Below, in pieces: positions 18,045-27,897 of a DNA stretch of 64,000 nucleotides. A program made the translations under genes and the position numbers. Source of the stretch: an archaeon (lineage in GTDB: Archaea > SpSt-1190 > DYHY01); NCBI GenBank assembly GCA_043803745.1, contig JAZDJS010000015.1, forward strand, positions 1 to 64,000. The letters are read 5' to 3'. Below the pieces are notes generated by a model. It did not search any database and was not told the origin of the DNA. It saw nothing but the letters and a program-made list of their open reading frames with translations. The stretch's first letter is position 1; every line of letters begins with the position of its first letter.

Positions 18045-19469
18045 TTAGGGTGAAAAAAGTTTTTTCGGTTGTTCCCGATCGAGTTGCTTCGATATTTCCC
18101 CGTCGAACTTCTTCGCGAATTCTTCCAATTTGCTCTTGGGGATTGTAGCGCCGGCGGCAATGTTGTGCCCTCCCCCTAGCCCTCCGACTTCTTTTGCCGC
18201 TGTCCGGATTGCCTCGGAAAGGTTCGCGCCCCTTCTTACCAGCTGGGCTGTGGTTCTCGCGGAAACTTTGATGTTTCCTGGATCCTGGGCTGCCGTACCG
18301 ATGAAAACGCGCGAAGGATCGACGAGGCGCCCTCCGAGAGCTATCCCAATGACGATCCCTATTATTGTTGGCTTGACTTTTTCGGATTGGAATATTTGAA
18401 TGTTTTTCCCGAATAGACGAACTGGTTTTGCCTCAAGCTCCTGGAGCCCGTTCTTGATGTTTTCTCGGTGTTCCGCCAATAGTTCCTTCGCTTTCAAGTA
18501 CGCGTCTCCCCGGTCGCCCAAGCAGATTTTGATTCCGACATTTGCCCATTCATTCCGTCCGCATGAATTCAAAAGAGTTGAAAATTCCGTTGCATCCCTC
18601 GGTTCGGTGAGTTCCATCTCCTTAGGGAAGGTATATGTTTCCGTGACAAGGTTGCTTATTTGCCAGGGCTCAAGACCGACCGCTATTGCCCGCTCGTGAA
18701 TGCCGGTGACCAGCCGGGCAAGTTCTTCGGAAGGCAGGCGGTTGTATGTTCCGAGTGGGTTTATTCCCAGTTTGCGAAGAAATTCGGAACAGCCGGCAAT
18801 GCTTCCTGAAAGCCCAGGAAGAAAAGGATCGGTCGCATAGCTCAGAAAAACCGCTAGCTCCCTCGTTTCCCTTCCAAAAAACGGTAGCCCTTTTGTTGCA
18901 ACTACCTCTTTTGCCGCAATTCCCTTTTTGAGGATTTCCCGATTTAGCCCGGTTAATCCCCTTTTCGCCTGGATGTCCCCAACTGCGCCGGTTATTGCAA
19001 GAGGAATTAGTGAGGTCTCGCCAATGAGTCTTTCGGAGACGAGGTAGGCAAGTCCTGAAGCGGAAATTTCCGCTGAGCCGGAAAATCCTTGTTCGGCCGC
19101 ATTGAGGTGGCTTATTTTCCCGGATAGCCCCCCTTCAATCGGCTCGTGGTGGTCTATTATCACGCCGGGGCCTTTGGGGTCCGATAGTAGATTTTTCTGG
19201 CCGCTTCCAAAATCAACTAAAACGAACGCCTCCTCTTTCGGAACAAGTAAAATTGTTTCCGCGTCAAGTTGACGTATTGGAAAAATTTGAGGAGTTTTAC
19301 CCATCTTTTCAATTGTGTAGAAAATTATTGAGCCGCTCGTGAGGCCATCTGCGTCAATATGGCAGAATATTTTCGGGTTTTCGAGCGAGCTGAGCTTCTC
19401 GGCAGTTTCAGCAAGCTTTTCTTGGAACCCGCCAGGTTCCCAGCTGGGGAGTTTGTCACCGAACTTCAT
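18045..19469 (-). CDS. DHH-family phosphoesterase, archaeal RecJ/GAN (Cdc45)-like
   Basis: HIDADG, DFGSG, IDHH, GAVGD, SAR, GGGHNIAAGA (DHHA1). Confidence 0.9.
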   Translation of the reverse strand: MKFGDKLPSWEPGGFQEKLAETAEKLSSLENPKIFCHIDADGLTSGSIIFYTIEKMGKTPQIFPIRQLDAETILLVPKEEAFVLVDFGSGQKNLLSDPKGPGVIIDHHEPIEGGLSGKISHLNAAEQGFSGSAEISASGLAYLVSERLIGETSLIPLAITGAVGDIQAKRGLTGLNREILKKGIAAKEVVATKGLPFFGRETRELAVFLSYATDPFLPGLSGSIAGCSEFLRKLGINPLGTYNRLPSEELARLVTGIHERAIAVGLEPWQISNLVTETYTFPKEMELTEPRDATEFSTLLNSCGRNEWANVGIKICLGDRGDAYLKAKELLAEHRENIKNGLQELEAKPVRLFGKNIQIFQSEKVKPTIIGIVIGIALGGRLVDPSRVFIGTAAQDPGNIKVSARTTAQLVRRGANLSEAIRTAAKEVGGLGGGHNIAAGATIPKSKLEEFAKKFDGEISKQLDREQPKKLFSP

Positions 19470-19518
19470 TGGAGGGGGTGCTCAAATCAGAATATTTAAC
19501 TTCTTTGCACTAGCGGAG

Positions 19519-20244
19519 CTATTTGACCAGCTCATAATAAATCCGCTCAGATAGCCCTCCCCAGGAGAACCCTCCGGAAGATTTTCTTTTCTCCGTTATC
19601 TTGAAAATTCCCTCTGAGACCCCTTTAGAAAGATGATAATATGTCAGCCTTAGAGACAGCCTACCGTAGCGAGTAACATATTTTTTGTTTATTTGATATC
19701 CATACAAGGGGGTTGTTTCCCCGATGAAAATCTCGACAATATTGTCCCTTATTTTACTCCGGGTCTTGATTCGTTTGTTTTCGGCAACCGGCTTTCCTTC
19801 GGGATCAATTGCGCCGCTTTGAATCCTTTCGGATGAGATAACAAGTCCGTCTTTTGCAAGGGTAAGGGGGATTTCAATCACAATCAATGGCGGTTTGCCT
19901 TTTGAAACGATAAACGCGTTCAGGGAAGCGGCAGCTTCCTTGCCCCCGCTGGTAGTTGCTAAAAATCGTAATCCGGGTGTTAATGAAAGATTCTCAAGAT
20001 TGCCCTCCGATGCAACTATTTGGAACGGTATCTTCCGTGACAATAGAAAACGTTCGATCTTTTCCTTGCGGAATTCAAACGAGGTTTTTCCGGCGTTTTT
20101 CACAATTCCGACAAGCAACTTTTTTCCTATTGAACTGCAGGAAATCAAAAAATTTCGATGTCCTTTGTGAAAAACCTCGAAGGTTCCGAAACAGAGCAAA
20201 TCAGGTTCTTCGTCACCCGTTTGTTGCTTTTCGATCCTGACCAT
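19519..20244 (-). CDS. Archaeal phosphopantetheine adenylyltransferase-like domain fused to C-terminal winged-helix domain
   Basis: GTFEVFHKGH, R...I, N......G.PPL, LAKDGLVISSERI..G.IDPEG; tail LYGYQI...LTYYHL..G...SWG...RIYYEL resembles PadR-like wHTH. Confidence 0.75.
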   Translation of the reverse strand: MVRIEKQQTGDEEPDLLCFGTFEVFHKGHRNFLISCSSIGKKLLVGIVKNAGKTSFEFRKEKIERFLLSRKIPFQIVASEGNLENLSLTPGLRFLATTSGGKEAAASLNAFIVSKGKPPLIVIEIPLTLAKDGLVISSERIQSGAIDPEGKPVAENKRIKTRSKIRDNIVEIFIGETTPLYGYQINKKYVTRYGRLSLRLTYYHLSKGVSEGIFKITEKRKSSGGFSWGGLSERIYYELVK

Positions 20245-20249
20245 TCAAG

Positions 20250-20482
20250 TCACCCTTTCGTTTCCTCTGAAGTTTGGGTTGTTGGTTGGTTGTATTGTTA
20301 TTTATATTGTTTTCTATATAGAAATATTGAATTTAAACCACTTTCTAGCAAACCTCCACTCGAAACAACGGAGACAGAGTACAAAGGTTTCCACTGGAAA
20401 CGAAGGTCAATCCGAACAAGTCCATCGGAAGTGGAGGTTGAGTCACAATAAAAGTTAAAAACCCCTTTTTCCACTGGAACCT
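20250..20482. promoter_or_regulatory. Chromosomal replication origin (oriC): ORB elements around an AT-rich unwinding element
   Basis: TTCCACTGGAAACGAAGG at 20389; minus-strand GTTCCAGTGGAAAAAGGGGT at 20461-20480; ORB-like CTCCACTCGAAAC at 20354; minus TTCAGAGGAAACGAAAGGG at about 20253-20271; AT-rich tract about 20290-20340; directly upstream of cdc6. Confidence 0.88.
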
Positions 20483-20511
20483 GCGTTCTCTGAAGGTGAA
20501 GACAGTCTAAA

Positions 20512-21714
20512 ATGCAATCCTCTCTGAAAGAAATGTTTCAAACATATCTCAACAGGCAGTCAATATTCGTCAACAAGTCTGCACTGGACGACGAGTTCCT
20601 TCCGGTAAACCTTCTTCATCGGGACCGAGAGCAGAAGCAGATTGCGAGTATCCTTCTTCCAGCCCTCCGGGGGGAAAAACCCTCGAATCTGTTCATATAC
20701 GGGAAAACCGGGACGGGCAAGACAATTGGCGCGAAATCAGTTTGCAGGGAACTGGAAGGGTTCGCCCGGGAGAACAATCGGCCAGTGAAAATCGTGTATG
20801 TCAATGCGCAAATGAAGAAAGTCGCGGATACGGAATACCGGCTGATATCTTCAATTGCCCAGCAGTATGGCGTTAATCTGCCTTCGACAGGGCTCCCAAC
20901 TGAAAAAATATACAAAGCGTTCATATCCGCGGTTGAGAACACAAAAGCGCTCTCAATAATAATAATTGACGAAATAGACAACGTAGTACGGAAATGTGGA
21001 AACGATCTTCTTTACAATCTTATGCGGCTGAACAGCGAACTTTCAGAATCCAGGGTAAGCGTCATCGGAATTACCAACGACCTCAACCTGTTGAAATTCA
21101 TCGATTCGCGGGTGAAAAGCAGCCTTTCGGAAGAGGAACTCGTTTTTCCGCCGTATGATGCAAACCAGCTAAGCGACATATTGAGTTCACGCGCGGAAAT
21201 TGCGTTCCTTCCAAACGCGTTGGACCAGGCAGTAGTTCCCAAATGTGCTGCATATGCTGCAAAGGAACACGGGGATGCGCGGCGGGCTCTCAATATCTTG
21301 AGATTGGCTGGGGAGCTTGCCGAGCGTTCTGGAGCGTCAAAAATCGAAGCGGAACACGTTGATGCAGCTCTTGACAAGCTCGACACCGAAACCGTAGTGG
21401 AATTTGTGAAAAGTCAGCCTCTGCAATCGAAAGCGGTTTTGTACAGCATTCTTTTCCTGCGGAATTCGACGCCTGATTTCACAACGGGCGACATTTATGA
21501 CAAATACAGGCAAACCTGCACCCTTTTCAGGCAGAAATGCCTTACGCAACGGAGAGTGTCTGATTTGGTCACTGAACTCGCAGGGGTCGGAATAATCTCG
21601 ACGAACCTGATTTCCAAGGGCAGGTATGGCAGAAGCAAGACGGTTGACATCTTGATGAACGGACCGACCCTTGACAAGGTAGTCAATGTCCTCAAAGGGG
21701 ACTTTTCTTACTAG
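20512..21714 (+). CDS. cdc6: Orc1/Cdc6 replication initiator
   Basis: HR..E, YGKTGTGKT, IDEID, RVKSSL, FPPY, GDARRAL, C-terminal wHTH with GRYGR. Confidence 0.97.
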   Translation: MQSSLKEMFQTYLNRQSIFVNKSALDDEFLPVNLLHRDREQKQIASILLPALRGEKPSNLFIYGKTGTGKTIGAKSVCRELEGFARENNRPVKIVYVNAQMKKVADTEYRLISSIAQQYGVNLPSTGLPTEKIYKAFISAVENTKALSIIIIDEIDNVVRKCGNDLLYNLMRLNSELSESRVSVIGITNDLNLLKFIDSRVKSSLSEEELVFPPYDANQLSDILSSRAEIAFLPNALDQAVVPKCAAYAAKEHGDARRALNILRLAGELAERSGASKIEAEHVDAALDKLDTETVVEFVKSQPLQSKAVLYSILFLRNSTPDFTTGDIYDKYRQTCTLFRQKCLTQRRVSDLVTELAGVGIISTNLISKGRYGRSKTVDILMNGPTLDKVVNVLKGDFSY

Positions 21715-21906
21715 GGACAGAAAAAGTTCGGAGCCCTTGGTCCGTTTTTTGCCCTTCCCGGCAGTCTCCCGTAACTTTCAATAACCCATGTCCAGTCCGG
21801 CCCAGACCAGTCCAGCAACCACCTTGAAAAAGCCGTCTGAATTCCCTGTAAATTATCGGAAACAGGGCAACAACAGATAAAAACCACCCGCAAAGCCAGT
21901 CAGCCA

Positions 21907-23370
21907 ATGGGGCCAGAATATTCCGAGCCTGCCAACACACTCTCAATAGAATCGGTTGTGATGGAACTCCTGTCCAAGGGGGTCCTCATCCAGCCAGAAG
22001 CCCTAGAATACCTAAAAACGCGTCCGCACCTTCTCCAGACGCTTGACATTCCCTCGATAGGCGGCAGCCTCACTCTTCAGAAGCTGCAGGAAACCGAGGA
22101 TGCCGGAGGTTCCCTCCCGGTTTTGAACGACGAAGGCGTCCGCATACTTGAGGAATATGTCGAGAAATTCGACATGAAGGGGGAGCTCTCGGATTTCGTC
22201 AAGCATTTCTCAGACAGATACGCGACGCTTTCCGGGATGCTGAGAACGCGACCGGAACTCAAAAATCTGTGCTCAATAGGGCGCCTTTCATCAATCAAGG
22301 AGCGGGAAGACGTTTCCGTGATAGGTCTTGTCGGGGCGAAAAGGGAAACGCGCGCGGGGCACTATCTTATCGAGGTCGAAGATACCACAGGGCAGGCGAA
22401 AGTCCTCCTTCCGAAGAACAGCCCGGTTTCGAGAAAAGCCGACGAAATAGTGGATGACGAGGTAATTGCGATAAGCGGGACCGCATCCCGCGAGCTTCTT
22501 TTTGCCGAAGAAGTGATCTTTCCGGACGTTCCTCAGGCAACGGAATGGCCCGGCAGAAGCAAAAACGTGGCGGTAATGATTTCCGACGTTCACATAGGCT
22601 CCAAGCAGTTCCGAGCCGATCTTTTTGAGAACATGATAACCTGGATTAACAGCAGTGATCCGGTCGCGAGGCGGGCAAAATATCTGATTGTCGCAGGGGA
22701 TATTGTTGACGGCGTCGGAGTTTACAAGGGGCAGCAGAAGGACCTGGCAATAGCGAACATAGTCAAGCAATATGATTTTTTCTCAAGCTTCATTGACCGC
22801 ATAAGCAAGCGAATCCAGATATTTGTCGCGCCCGGCAACCACGACGCGTCGAGGGATTCGGATCCCCAACCCGCGATTCCTCGGGAATTCGCCCAGACAA
22901 TCTACGACCTGCCCAACGTTAGGATGATTTCCTCCCCCGCGACAATACAAATAGACGGGATAACGTTTCTCATCTATCACGGGACCGCCCTTGACAGCAT
23001 AATTGCCTCAATATCCTCGCTCAGACGGACCGGATATGACAACCCCCACCAGGCAATGATCCAGCAGCTTCGAAAGAGGCATCTCATACCCATTTACAAC
23101 GATCTCTCGAGAATGTTCCCGGACAGCAAGGACGAAATGATAATTTCAAAAGTCCCCAACGTCTTCCACTCCGGGCACGTCCACAAGCTGAGCTTCTCGA
23201 CTTATCGGGGAATCCGCGTCGTGAACTCGGGAACGTTCCAGGATCGCACGGCGTTCCAGGTGAAAATAGGACATCATCCTCAACCGGGGAAAATTCCATA
23301 CATCGAACTCGGCACCGGGGCAATCAATCTTCTCGATTTGGAGCCGCAGCATGGCACGGAGGGATCCTGA
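21907..23370 (+). CDS. polB: DNA polymerase D small subunit DP1 (3'-5' exonuclease)
   Basis: OB fold then SDVH, GDIVDG, PGNHD, YHG, RHL.P, GHVH, NSGTFQ; start may be 21961. Confidence 0.95.
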   Translation: MGPEYSEPANTLSIESVVMELLSKGVLIQPEALEYLKTRPHLLQTLDIPSIGGSLTLQKLQETEDAGGSLPVLNDEGVRILEEYVEKFDMKGELSDFVKHFSDRYATLSGMLRTRPELKNLCSIGRLSSIKEREDVSVIGLVGAKRETRAGHYLIEVEDTTGQAKVLLPKNSPVSRKADEIVDDEVIAISGTASRELLFAEEVIFPDVPQATEWPGRSKNVAVMISDVHIGSKQFRADLFENMITWINSSDPVARRAKYLIVAGDIVDGVGVYKGQQKDLAIANIVKQYDFFSSFIDRISKRIQIFVAPGNHDASRDSDPQPAIPREFAQTIYDLPNVRMISSPATIQIDGITFLIYHGTALDSIIASISSLRRTGYDNPHQAMIQQLRKRHLIPIYNDLSRMFPDSKDEMIISKVPNVFHSGHVHKLSFSTYRGIRVVNSGTFQDRTAFQVKIGHHPQPGKIPYIELGTGAINLLDLEPQHGTEGS

Positions 23371-26300
23371 TGTCCGAAGGATTCCCAGCGGCATCGGAGA
23401 AGATAACCGCGTATTTCTCAAAAATACAGAGGACCGTCGAAGCGGAATACGGAATCGCGAAACAAGCAAGGCAGAAGCGCCTTGATCCGACCGAGCGGGT
23501 TGAAATAGCGCTTGCATCCGATGCAGCGGCAAGGGTCGAGGGGTTGCTTGCCACAATATATCCCCCGCTAGAGGGTTCCGGCCTTGCCGGGAGGATACGC
23601 GAGCTTGAAAAGAGATTCGGCAAGGGCTCGGAGAGGATTTCCCTTCAAATTGCGCGCGACGTTTTCGAGGAAAAGTTCATAAAATTCAAGACGGTCGAGG
23701 AGCGGCTTGAAGCTGGCGTCCGCGTCGGGACCGGGCATCTCACTCTCGGAATAGTCACAGCCCCCCTCGAGGGGATAACGAAAATAGTGAGCAAGCCGAC
23801 AAGGGGCGGAGGCAAATACATTTCAATATACTTTTCCGGACCCATACGAAGTGCGGGGGGGACTGCCGCGGCATTTGCGGTGCTCATAGCGGACTTTCTT
23901 CGGCGCCTTGCCGGATTTGACCCCTACGACCCAGACGAGTCGGAACTCGAACGGTATGCCGCGGAGATAGATGACTATGACACGCGGGTTGTCAACCTGC
24001 AATACCGTATCAAGTCCGACGAAGTCAGGTTCCTCGTGAAAAATATCCCGGTGGAGATATCCGGAGATCCGACGGAGGAAGACGAGGTGATTGCGTTCAA
24101 GGACCTTCCGAGGATTGAGACGAACAGAATCCGCGGCGGAATGTGCCTCGTCGTTTCATCAATAGGGCAAAAGTCCGCCAAGTTGATAAAGCGGCTGAAG
24201 AAATATGGAAGCGAGTTCCAGCTCCTCGATTGGCTGTTCCTTGAGGAATATGAACTCCTCAAGAAGCAGATACACTCAACCGACGCCGAGAAGGCAACCT
24301 CCCCGGAGCAAACGGGTATTGAAACGGCGCCCGCGAAACTCCCTCCGAATTTCGCATATATGGAAGACGTTCCGGGAGGCAGGCCGATTTTTTCATTTCC
24401 TTCGACGCCCGGAGGCTTCCGCCTCAGATACGGGCGTGCCCGAAACACGGGATTTTCAACGGTCGGATTCCACCCGGCCTCGATGGCGGTATTGTCAGAT
24501 TTCATTGCAATCGGGACCCAGCTGAAGATAGAGCGTCCCGGAAAAGGCGCGACGGCGGCAGTGGTTGATTCGATAGAGCCCCCCACAGTCCTCCTTTCGA
24601 CTGGCGAAGTCCGGAGGATAGAGAAGGCGGAAGAAGCGCGCCTTCTGCTGAAGCAGAAGAAGATTTCGGAAATACTGTTCGTCGGAGACATCCTCATTTC
24701 CTACGGAGACTTTGTTTCAAACGGGCACAAACTCGTTCCGGCTGGATATGTTGAGGAAGTTTGGCTGTTGGAGTTGAGAAAGGCGATGGGGCTCGCGGGA
24801 ATGGTTCCGGAGACTGCGGCGGAATTTGTCAACATACCGACGTTGCGCTTCCTCGAGCTCCTCGAAACGCCCAGGGAAGTTTCCTTTCCGGAAGCGCTGT
24901 CAATCGGAACCAAGATGAAAATACCCCTTCACCCGAAATTCACATACTTTTATCATCGCGTCTCGACCGCGAATCTGAAGGAGCTTTGCGCGGCATTGCA
25001 GGGAACAAGAACAGCAGCGCTGGACCTCGTCCAGACACCCTCCCTGAAAAGAACGCTCGAGCTGATGTGCTTTCCGCATGCAGTTGATCCCAATGGTCGG
25101 ATTGTTGCCGAAGCGGACCCCGCAGCAGCACTTCGGATTTCGTTCGCAATAGACTCAGATCCCGGCGCGTTCGAGAGCATTCCCGCCGCGAACAACCCCC
25201 TTGAGTTCGTCAACAAGCTTTCAAAGATTGAAATAAGGGATCTCGGAGGGACTTACATAGGGGCGAGAATGGGGCGACCCGAGAAAGCCGAACGGCGCCT
25301 TCTCGACGGAAGGCCCCAAATTCTTTTTCCAGTCGGCCAGGCAGGGGGGCGCCTTAGGTCGGTTAACGAGGCGGCCAAGACAATCTACAACGCGCCGTTG
25401 GCATACCGCATTTGCCAGACTTGCGGCAAAAGAAACATTTTCCTCACCTGCTCTTGTGGCGGGGAAACGGTCCAGAAGCAAGTTTGCGTGATCTGCCAGA
25501 AAATCACAGAGGAGCCCGTCCACTGCAACATCCCCACCGGATTCGCAGCCTCTGCAGATGTCAATCTTGACCGGCATTTGAAAGCGGCTGAGAAATCCCT
25601 GAACGAGAAGATACCTCCGCTGATAAAGGGGGTTAGGGGACTTTCAAGCAGACTGAAAATACCGGAAAAGATTGAGAAAGGCGTTCTGCGTGCGAAGAAC
25701 AACCTATTCGTCAACAAGGACGGGACAATCCGGTTTGACGCAACCAATCTTCCCCTCACGCATTTCAAGCCCAAGGAAATCGGCGTGTCAATGGAAAAGC
25801 TCCTCCACCTCGGATATGACACCGACATTCACGGGCTGCCCCTCTCGAACAGCGGCCAAATACTGGAGCTCAAGCCCCAGGACATTATTCTGTCCGATTT
25901 CGAGGATTCCAAAAGGGGGATAATGAGCGGTGCGGAATATTTCGTGAGGATTGCCAACTATGTTGACAACCTTCTTGTGAAATTCTACGGGCTTCCGTCA
26001 TACTACAACATAGTTTCCAGAGAGGACCTGGCAGGGCATCTCGTAATAGGGCTCGCGCCGCACACTTCGGCAGGGATAGTCGGAAGAATAATAGGATTCA
26101 GCAAGGCGCGCGCGGGGTTCGCGCACCCGATGTTTCATGCCGCCAAGCGGCGGGATTGCGACGGCGACGAGGATTCCGTGATGCTCCTCATAGAGGCTTT
26201 GATTGACTTTTCAAGGGAATTCCTGCCGAACACGCGCGGTTCCTCGACAATGGACGTTCCGCTGGTCCTGACGACAATCCTCGATCCGACCGAAGTCGAC

Positions 26301-26912
26301 GACCAGGTTCACGAATTGGACATTGCGTCGGAATATCCGCTTGAACTTTACGAGAAGGCCCAGGAGTATGTTTCCCCCGTGCTTCTTGAAAGACCGATTG
26401 AACGCTTGAAGAACCGTCTCGGAAAGCCCGCTCAGTACGAAGGGATGTCATTCACGCACGCCACTTCGAACATATCGGATGCAGTTTCAATAACCCGATA
26501 CAGGTTCCTTGGCGCAATGGTGGAGAAGGTCACGGAGCAGCTCGAGCTTGCCGAGCGGGTCACCGCCGTAAACGCCGACGATGTCGCAAACCTCGTTCTT
26601 TCGACGCACTTCATACGCGACATCAAGGGCAATATGAGAACCTTCTGTCGCCAGTCTTTCCGTTGCGTCAAATGCAACGAGAAATACCGCAGGGTTCCGC
26701 TGGTTGGACGGTGCTTGAAATGCAGGGGTAAACTGGTGCTGACAGTCTATCAGGGAACGATAGAAAAATACCTTGAGGCATCCAAGAGGATATCCGAAAA
26801 GTACAATGTTCCCCCCTACCTGAAGCAGGAACTGCTGATTCTGCAGAAGCGGCTTTCGGCGATGTTCGGAAAGGAAAACCAGAAAAACCTGGATTCGTTC
26901 TTTGCAGCCTAG
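23370..26912 (+). CDS. polC: DNA polymerase D large subunit DP2
   Basis: GPIRSAGGT, GGFRLRYGR, RMGRPEK, KDGTIRFD, LAPHTSAG, KRRDCDGDED, C-terminal Zn finger and PIP-like QKNLDSFF; no intein evident. Confidence 0.97.
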   Translation: MSEGFPAASEKITAYFSKIQRTVEAEYGIAKQARQKRLDPTERVEIALASDAAARVEGLLATIYPPLEGSGLAGRIRELEKRFGKGSERISLQIARDVFEEKFIKFKTVEERLEAGVRVGTGHLTLGIVTAPLEGITKIVSKPTRGGGKYISIYFSGPIRSAGGTAAAFAVLIADFLRRLAGFDPYDPDESELERYAAEIDDYDTRVVNLQYRIKSDEVRFLVKNIPVEISGDPTEEDEVIAFKDLPRIETNRIRGGMCLVVSSIGQKSAKLIKRLKKYGSEFQLLDWLFLEEYELLKKQIHSTDAEKATSPEQTGIETAPAKLPPNFAYMEDVPGGRPIFSFPSTPGGFRLRYGRARNTGFSTVGFHPASMAVLSDFIAIGTQLKIERPGKGATAAVVDSIEPPTVLLSTGEVRRIEKAEEARLLLKQKKISEILFVGDILISYGDFVSNGHKLVPAGYVEEVWLLELRKAMGLAGMVPETAAEFVNIPTLRFLELLETPREVSFPEALSIGTKMKIPLHPKFTYFYHRVSTANLKELCAALQGTRTAALDLVQTPSLKRTLELMCFPHAVDPNGRIVAEADPAAALRISFAIDSDPGAFESIPAANNPLEFVNKLSKIEIRDLGGTYIGARMGRPEKAERRLLDGRPQILFPVGQAGGRLRSVNEAAKTIYNAPLAYRICQTCGKRNIFLTCSCGGETVQKQVCVICQKITEEPVHCNIPTGFAASADVNLDRHLKAAEKSLNEKIPPLIKGVRGLSSRLKIPEKIEKGVLRAKNNLFVNKDGTIRFDATNLPLTHFKPKEIGVSMEKLLHLGYDTDIHGLPLSNSGQILELKPQDIILSDFEDSKRGIMSGAEYFVRIANYVDNLLVKFYGLPSYYNIVSREDLAGHLVIGLAPHTSAGIVGRIIGFSKARAGFAHPMFHAAKRRDCDGDEDSVMLLIEALIDFSREFLPNTRGSSTMDVPLVLTTILDPTEVDDQVHELDIASEYPLELYEKAQEYVSPVLLERPIERLKNRLGKPAQYEGMSFTHATSNISDAVSITRYRFLGAMVEKVTEQLELAERVTAVNADDVANLVLSTHFIRDIKGNMRTFCRQSFRCVKCNEKYRRVPLVGRCLKCRGKLVLTVYQGTIEKYLEASKRISEKYNVPPYLKQELLILQKRLSAMFGKENQKNLDSFFAA

Positions 26913-27253
26913 CCTTTGGGAGGCGCAGGATCGGCGCTTTCCGTGGTCAGGGCAGCCTCAGGTTTGTTGGGTTTTTCCCGCCTAACCGTTCCGCACCTGG
27001 GGCAAGCTAGAAGACCGTCAGCACCTAGCCAGCTGAATTTGCATTCCGGATTCTCGCAATATACCACTTCCTCGCCTTCCCCTTCGGGAAGAGAGCCGCA
27101 CTGGGAACATTTCAATCCTTCACGGAGCTCCCAGCCCCAGCCGCATTTTTTGTTCGAGCAGTAAACCATCCCAAATCGCAGTCGCTCCCTTTGCCGCACC
27201 CTCCTTGCCTGTGCAATCGCGGCAGAAAGAGGCTTCGTCTTCCGTCTTCCCAT
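26909..27253 (-). CDS. Small double zinc-ribbon protein (YCSxKxCGWGW family)
   Basis: Two repeats VYC-x4-C-x2-W...C-x2-CG; paralog at 42487-42753. Confidence 0.7.
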   Translation of the reverse strand: MGRRKTKPLSAAIAQARRVRQRERLRFGMVYCSNKKCGWGWELREGLKCSQCGSLPEGEGEEVVYCENPECKFSWLGADGLLACPRCGTVRREKPNKPEAALTTESADPAPPKG

Positions 27254-27292
27254 TGCCAAAATGAGAAAATTCCTGTTTTTATTCTTTCCTGC

Positions 27293-27483
27293 GTGAAACT
27301 TTCCTGAGCCTAGGACTTCGCCTGATGGCTCAGCCGCCTCCTTGAGGCGGAAATATCCGTGCTTAAGCACCGATGCCCAGGGGGACACAGGCGAGCTTCG
27401 ACCGCAAAGAGAAATGCGCTTAAGGGGGCTCGCCGCATTGCCCGACATCGCTTGGCTAGTTCAAGTAGTTCAAGTAGTTCAAG
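27293..27483. ncRNA. Structured intergenic element B (putative RNA or palindromic mobile-element relic)
   Basis: Consecutive stems CTGAGCC/GGCTCAG, CCGCCTC/GAGGCGG, GTGCT/AGCAC and a long CGATG..GGCGAGC/GCTCGCC..CATCG hairpin; ends in (TAGTTCAAG)x3. Confidence 0.45.
27457..27483 (+). repeat. Tandem repeat (TAGTTCAAG)x3
   Basis: Three exact 9-bp copies. Confidence 0.95.
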
Positions 27484-27531
27484 GATTCATAGGTGTTAGC
27501 CCGCAGCAATTCAATTTCTTCGATAAGGCAA

Positions 27532-27789
27532 TTATTTCACGTTTTGCCCGTATGCAGCCGAGTCAACATCATAATCCTGCCTGACTGGTCTGCGCTTGAA
27601 GATTTTCATGAAAATGAAAAGGAGCGCGATCAGTATTATCAGGGGGTCCCTGGAGGCCAGAATTATCGCAAGCAGGGCTGCGAGAAACAGGAACGAGAAC
27701 ACTTCAAGGAAATTCCCGGTCATGACCGATTCGAAGAAGAGCGTGAAGAACATGAGCGCGGCAATCAGAATCAACCAAATCCACTGCAT
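27532..27789 (-). CDS. Small hypothetical membrane protein
   Basis: 85 aa, strongly hydrophobic with basic/polar tail; fills the gap divergent from secF. Confidence 0.55.
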   Translation of the reverse strand: MQWIWLILIAALMFFTLFFESVMTGNFLEVFSFLFLAALLAIILASRDPLIILIALLFIFMKIFKRRPVRQDYDVDSAAYGQNVK

Positions 27790-27897
27790 TTCTTGCGACC
27801 TTCCGGGAGCATGTCAGCGCCCCTTAAAATTCCTTTCTATTACCCGGAAATCTTGGGCGCCCAAAAGTTAAAAAACCCCCCCGGAACACCCCCCAGA

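Noticed and set aside
17773-18052. SRP RNA or RNase P RNA
   Set aside because: Size fits, but neither the SRP helix-8 motif nor the RNase P GAGGAAAGUCC / AACAGAA..GGCUUA elements could be found on either strand.
23370-26912. Intein in DP2 (also checked cdc6, lhr, radA)
   Set aside because: Lengths and motif continuity are normal; no intein junction or LAGLIDADG block seen.
26909-27253. Zn-ribbon proteins as truncated TnpB
   Set aside because: Cys spacing and the GWGW motif differ from the TnpB ribbon, and no RuvC D/E/D or DxNAA motif is present.
27320-27356. Hammerhead ribozyme (CTGATG...GAAA)
   Set aside because: Core reads CUGAUGG rather than CUGANGA, and stems I and III cannot be formed.
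27493-27897. Long N-terminal extension of SecF in the ORF track
   Set aside because: It is the antisense of a hydrophobic small ORF; SecF homology begins near ATG 27898.
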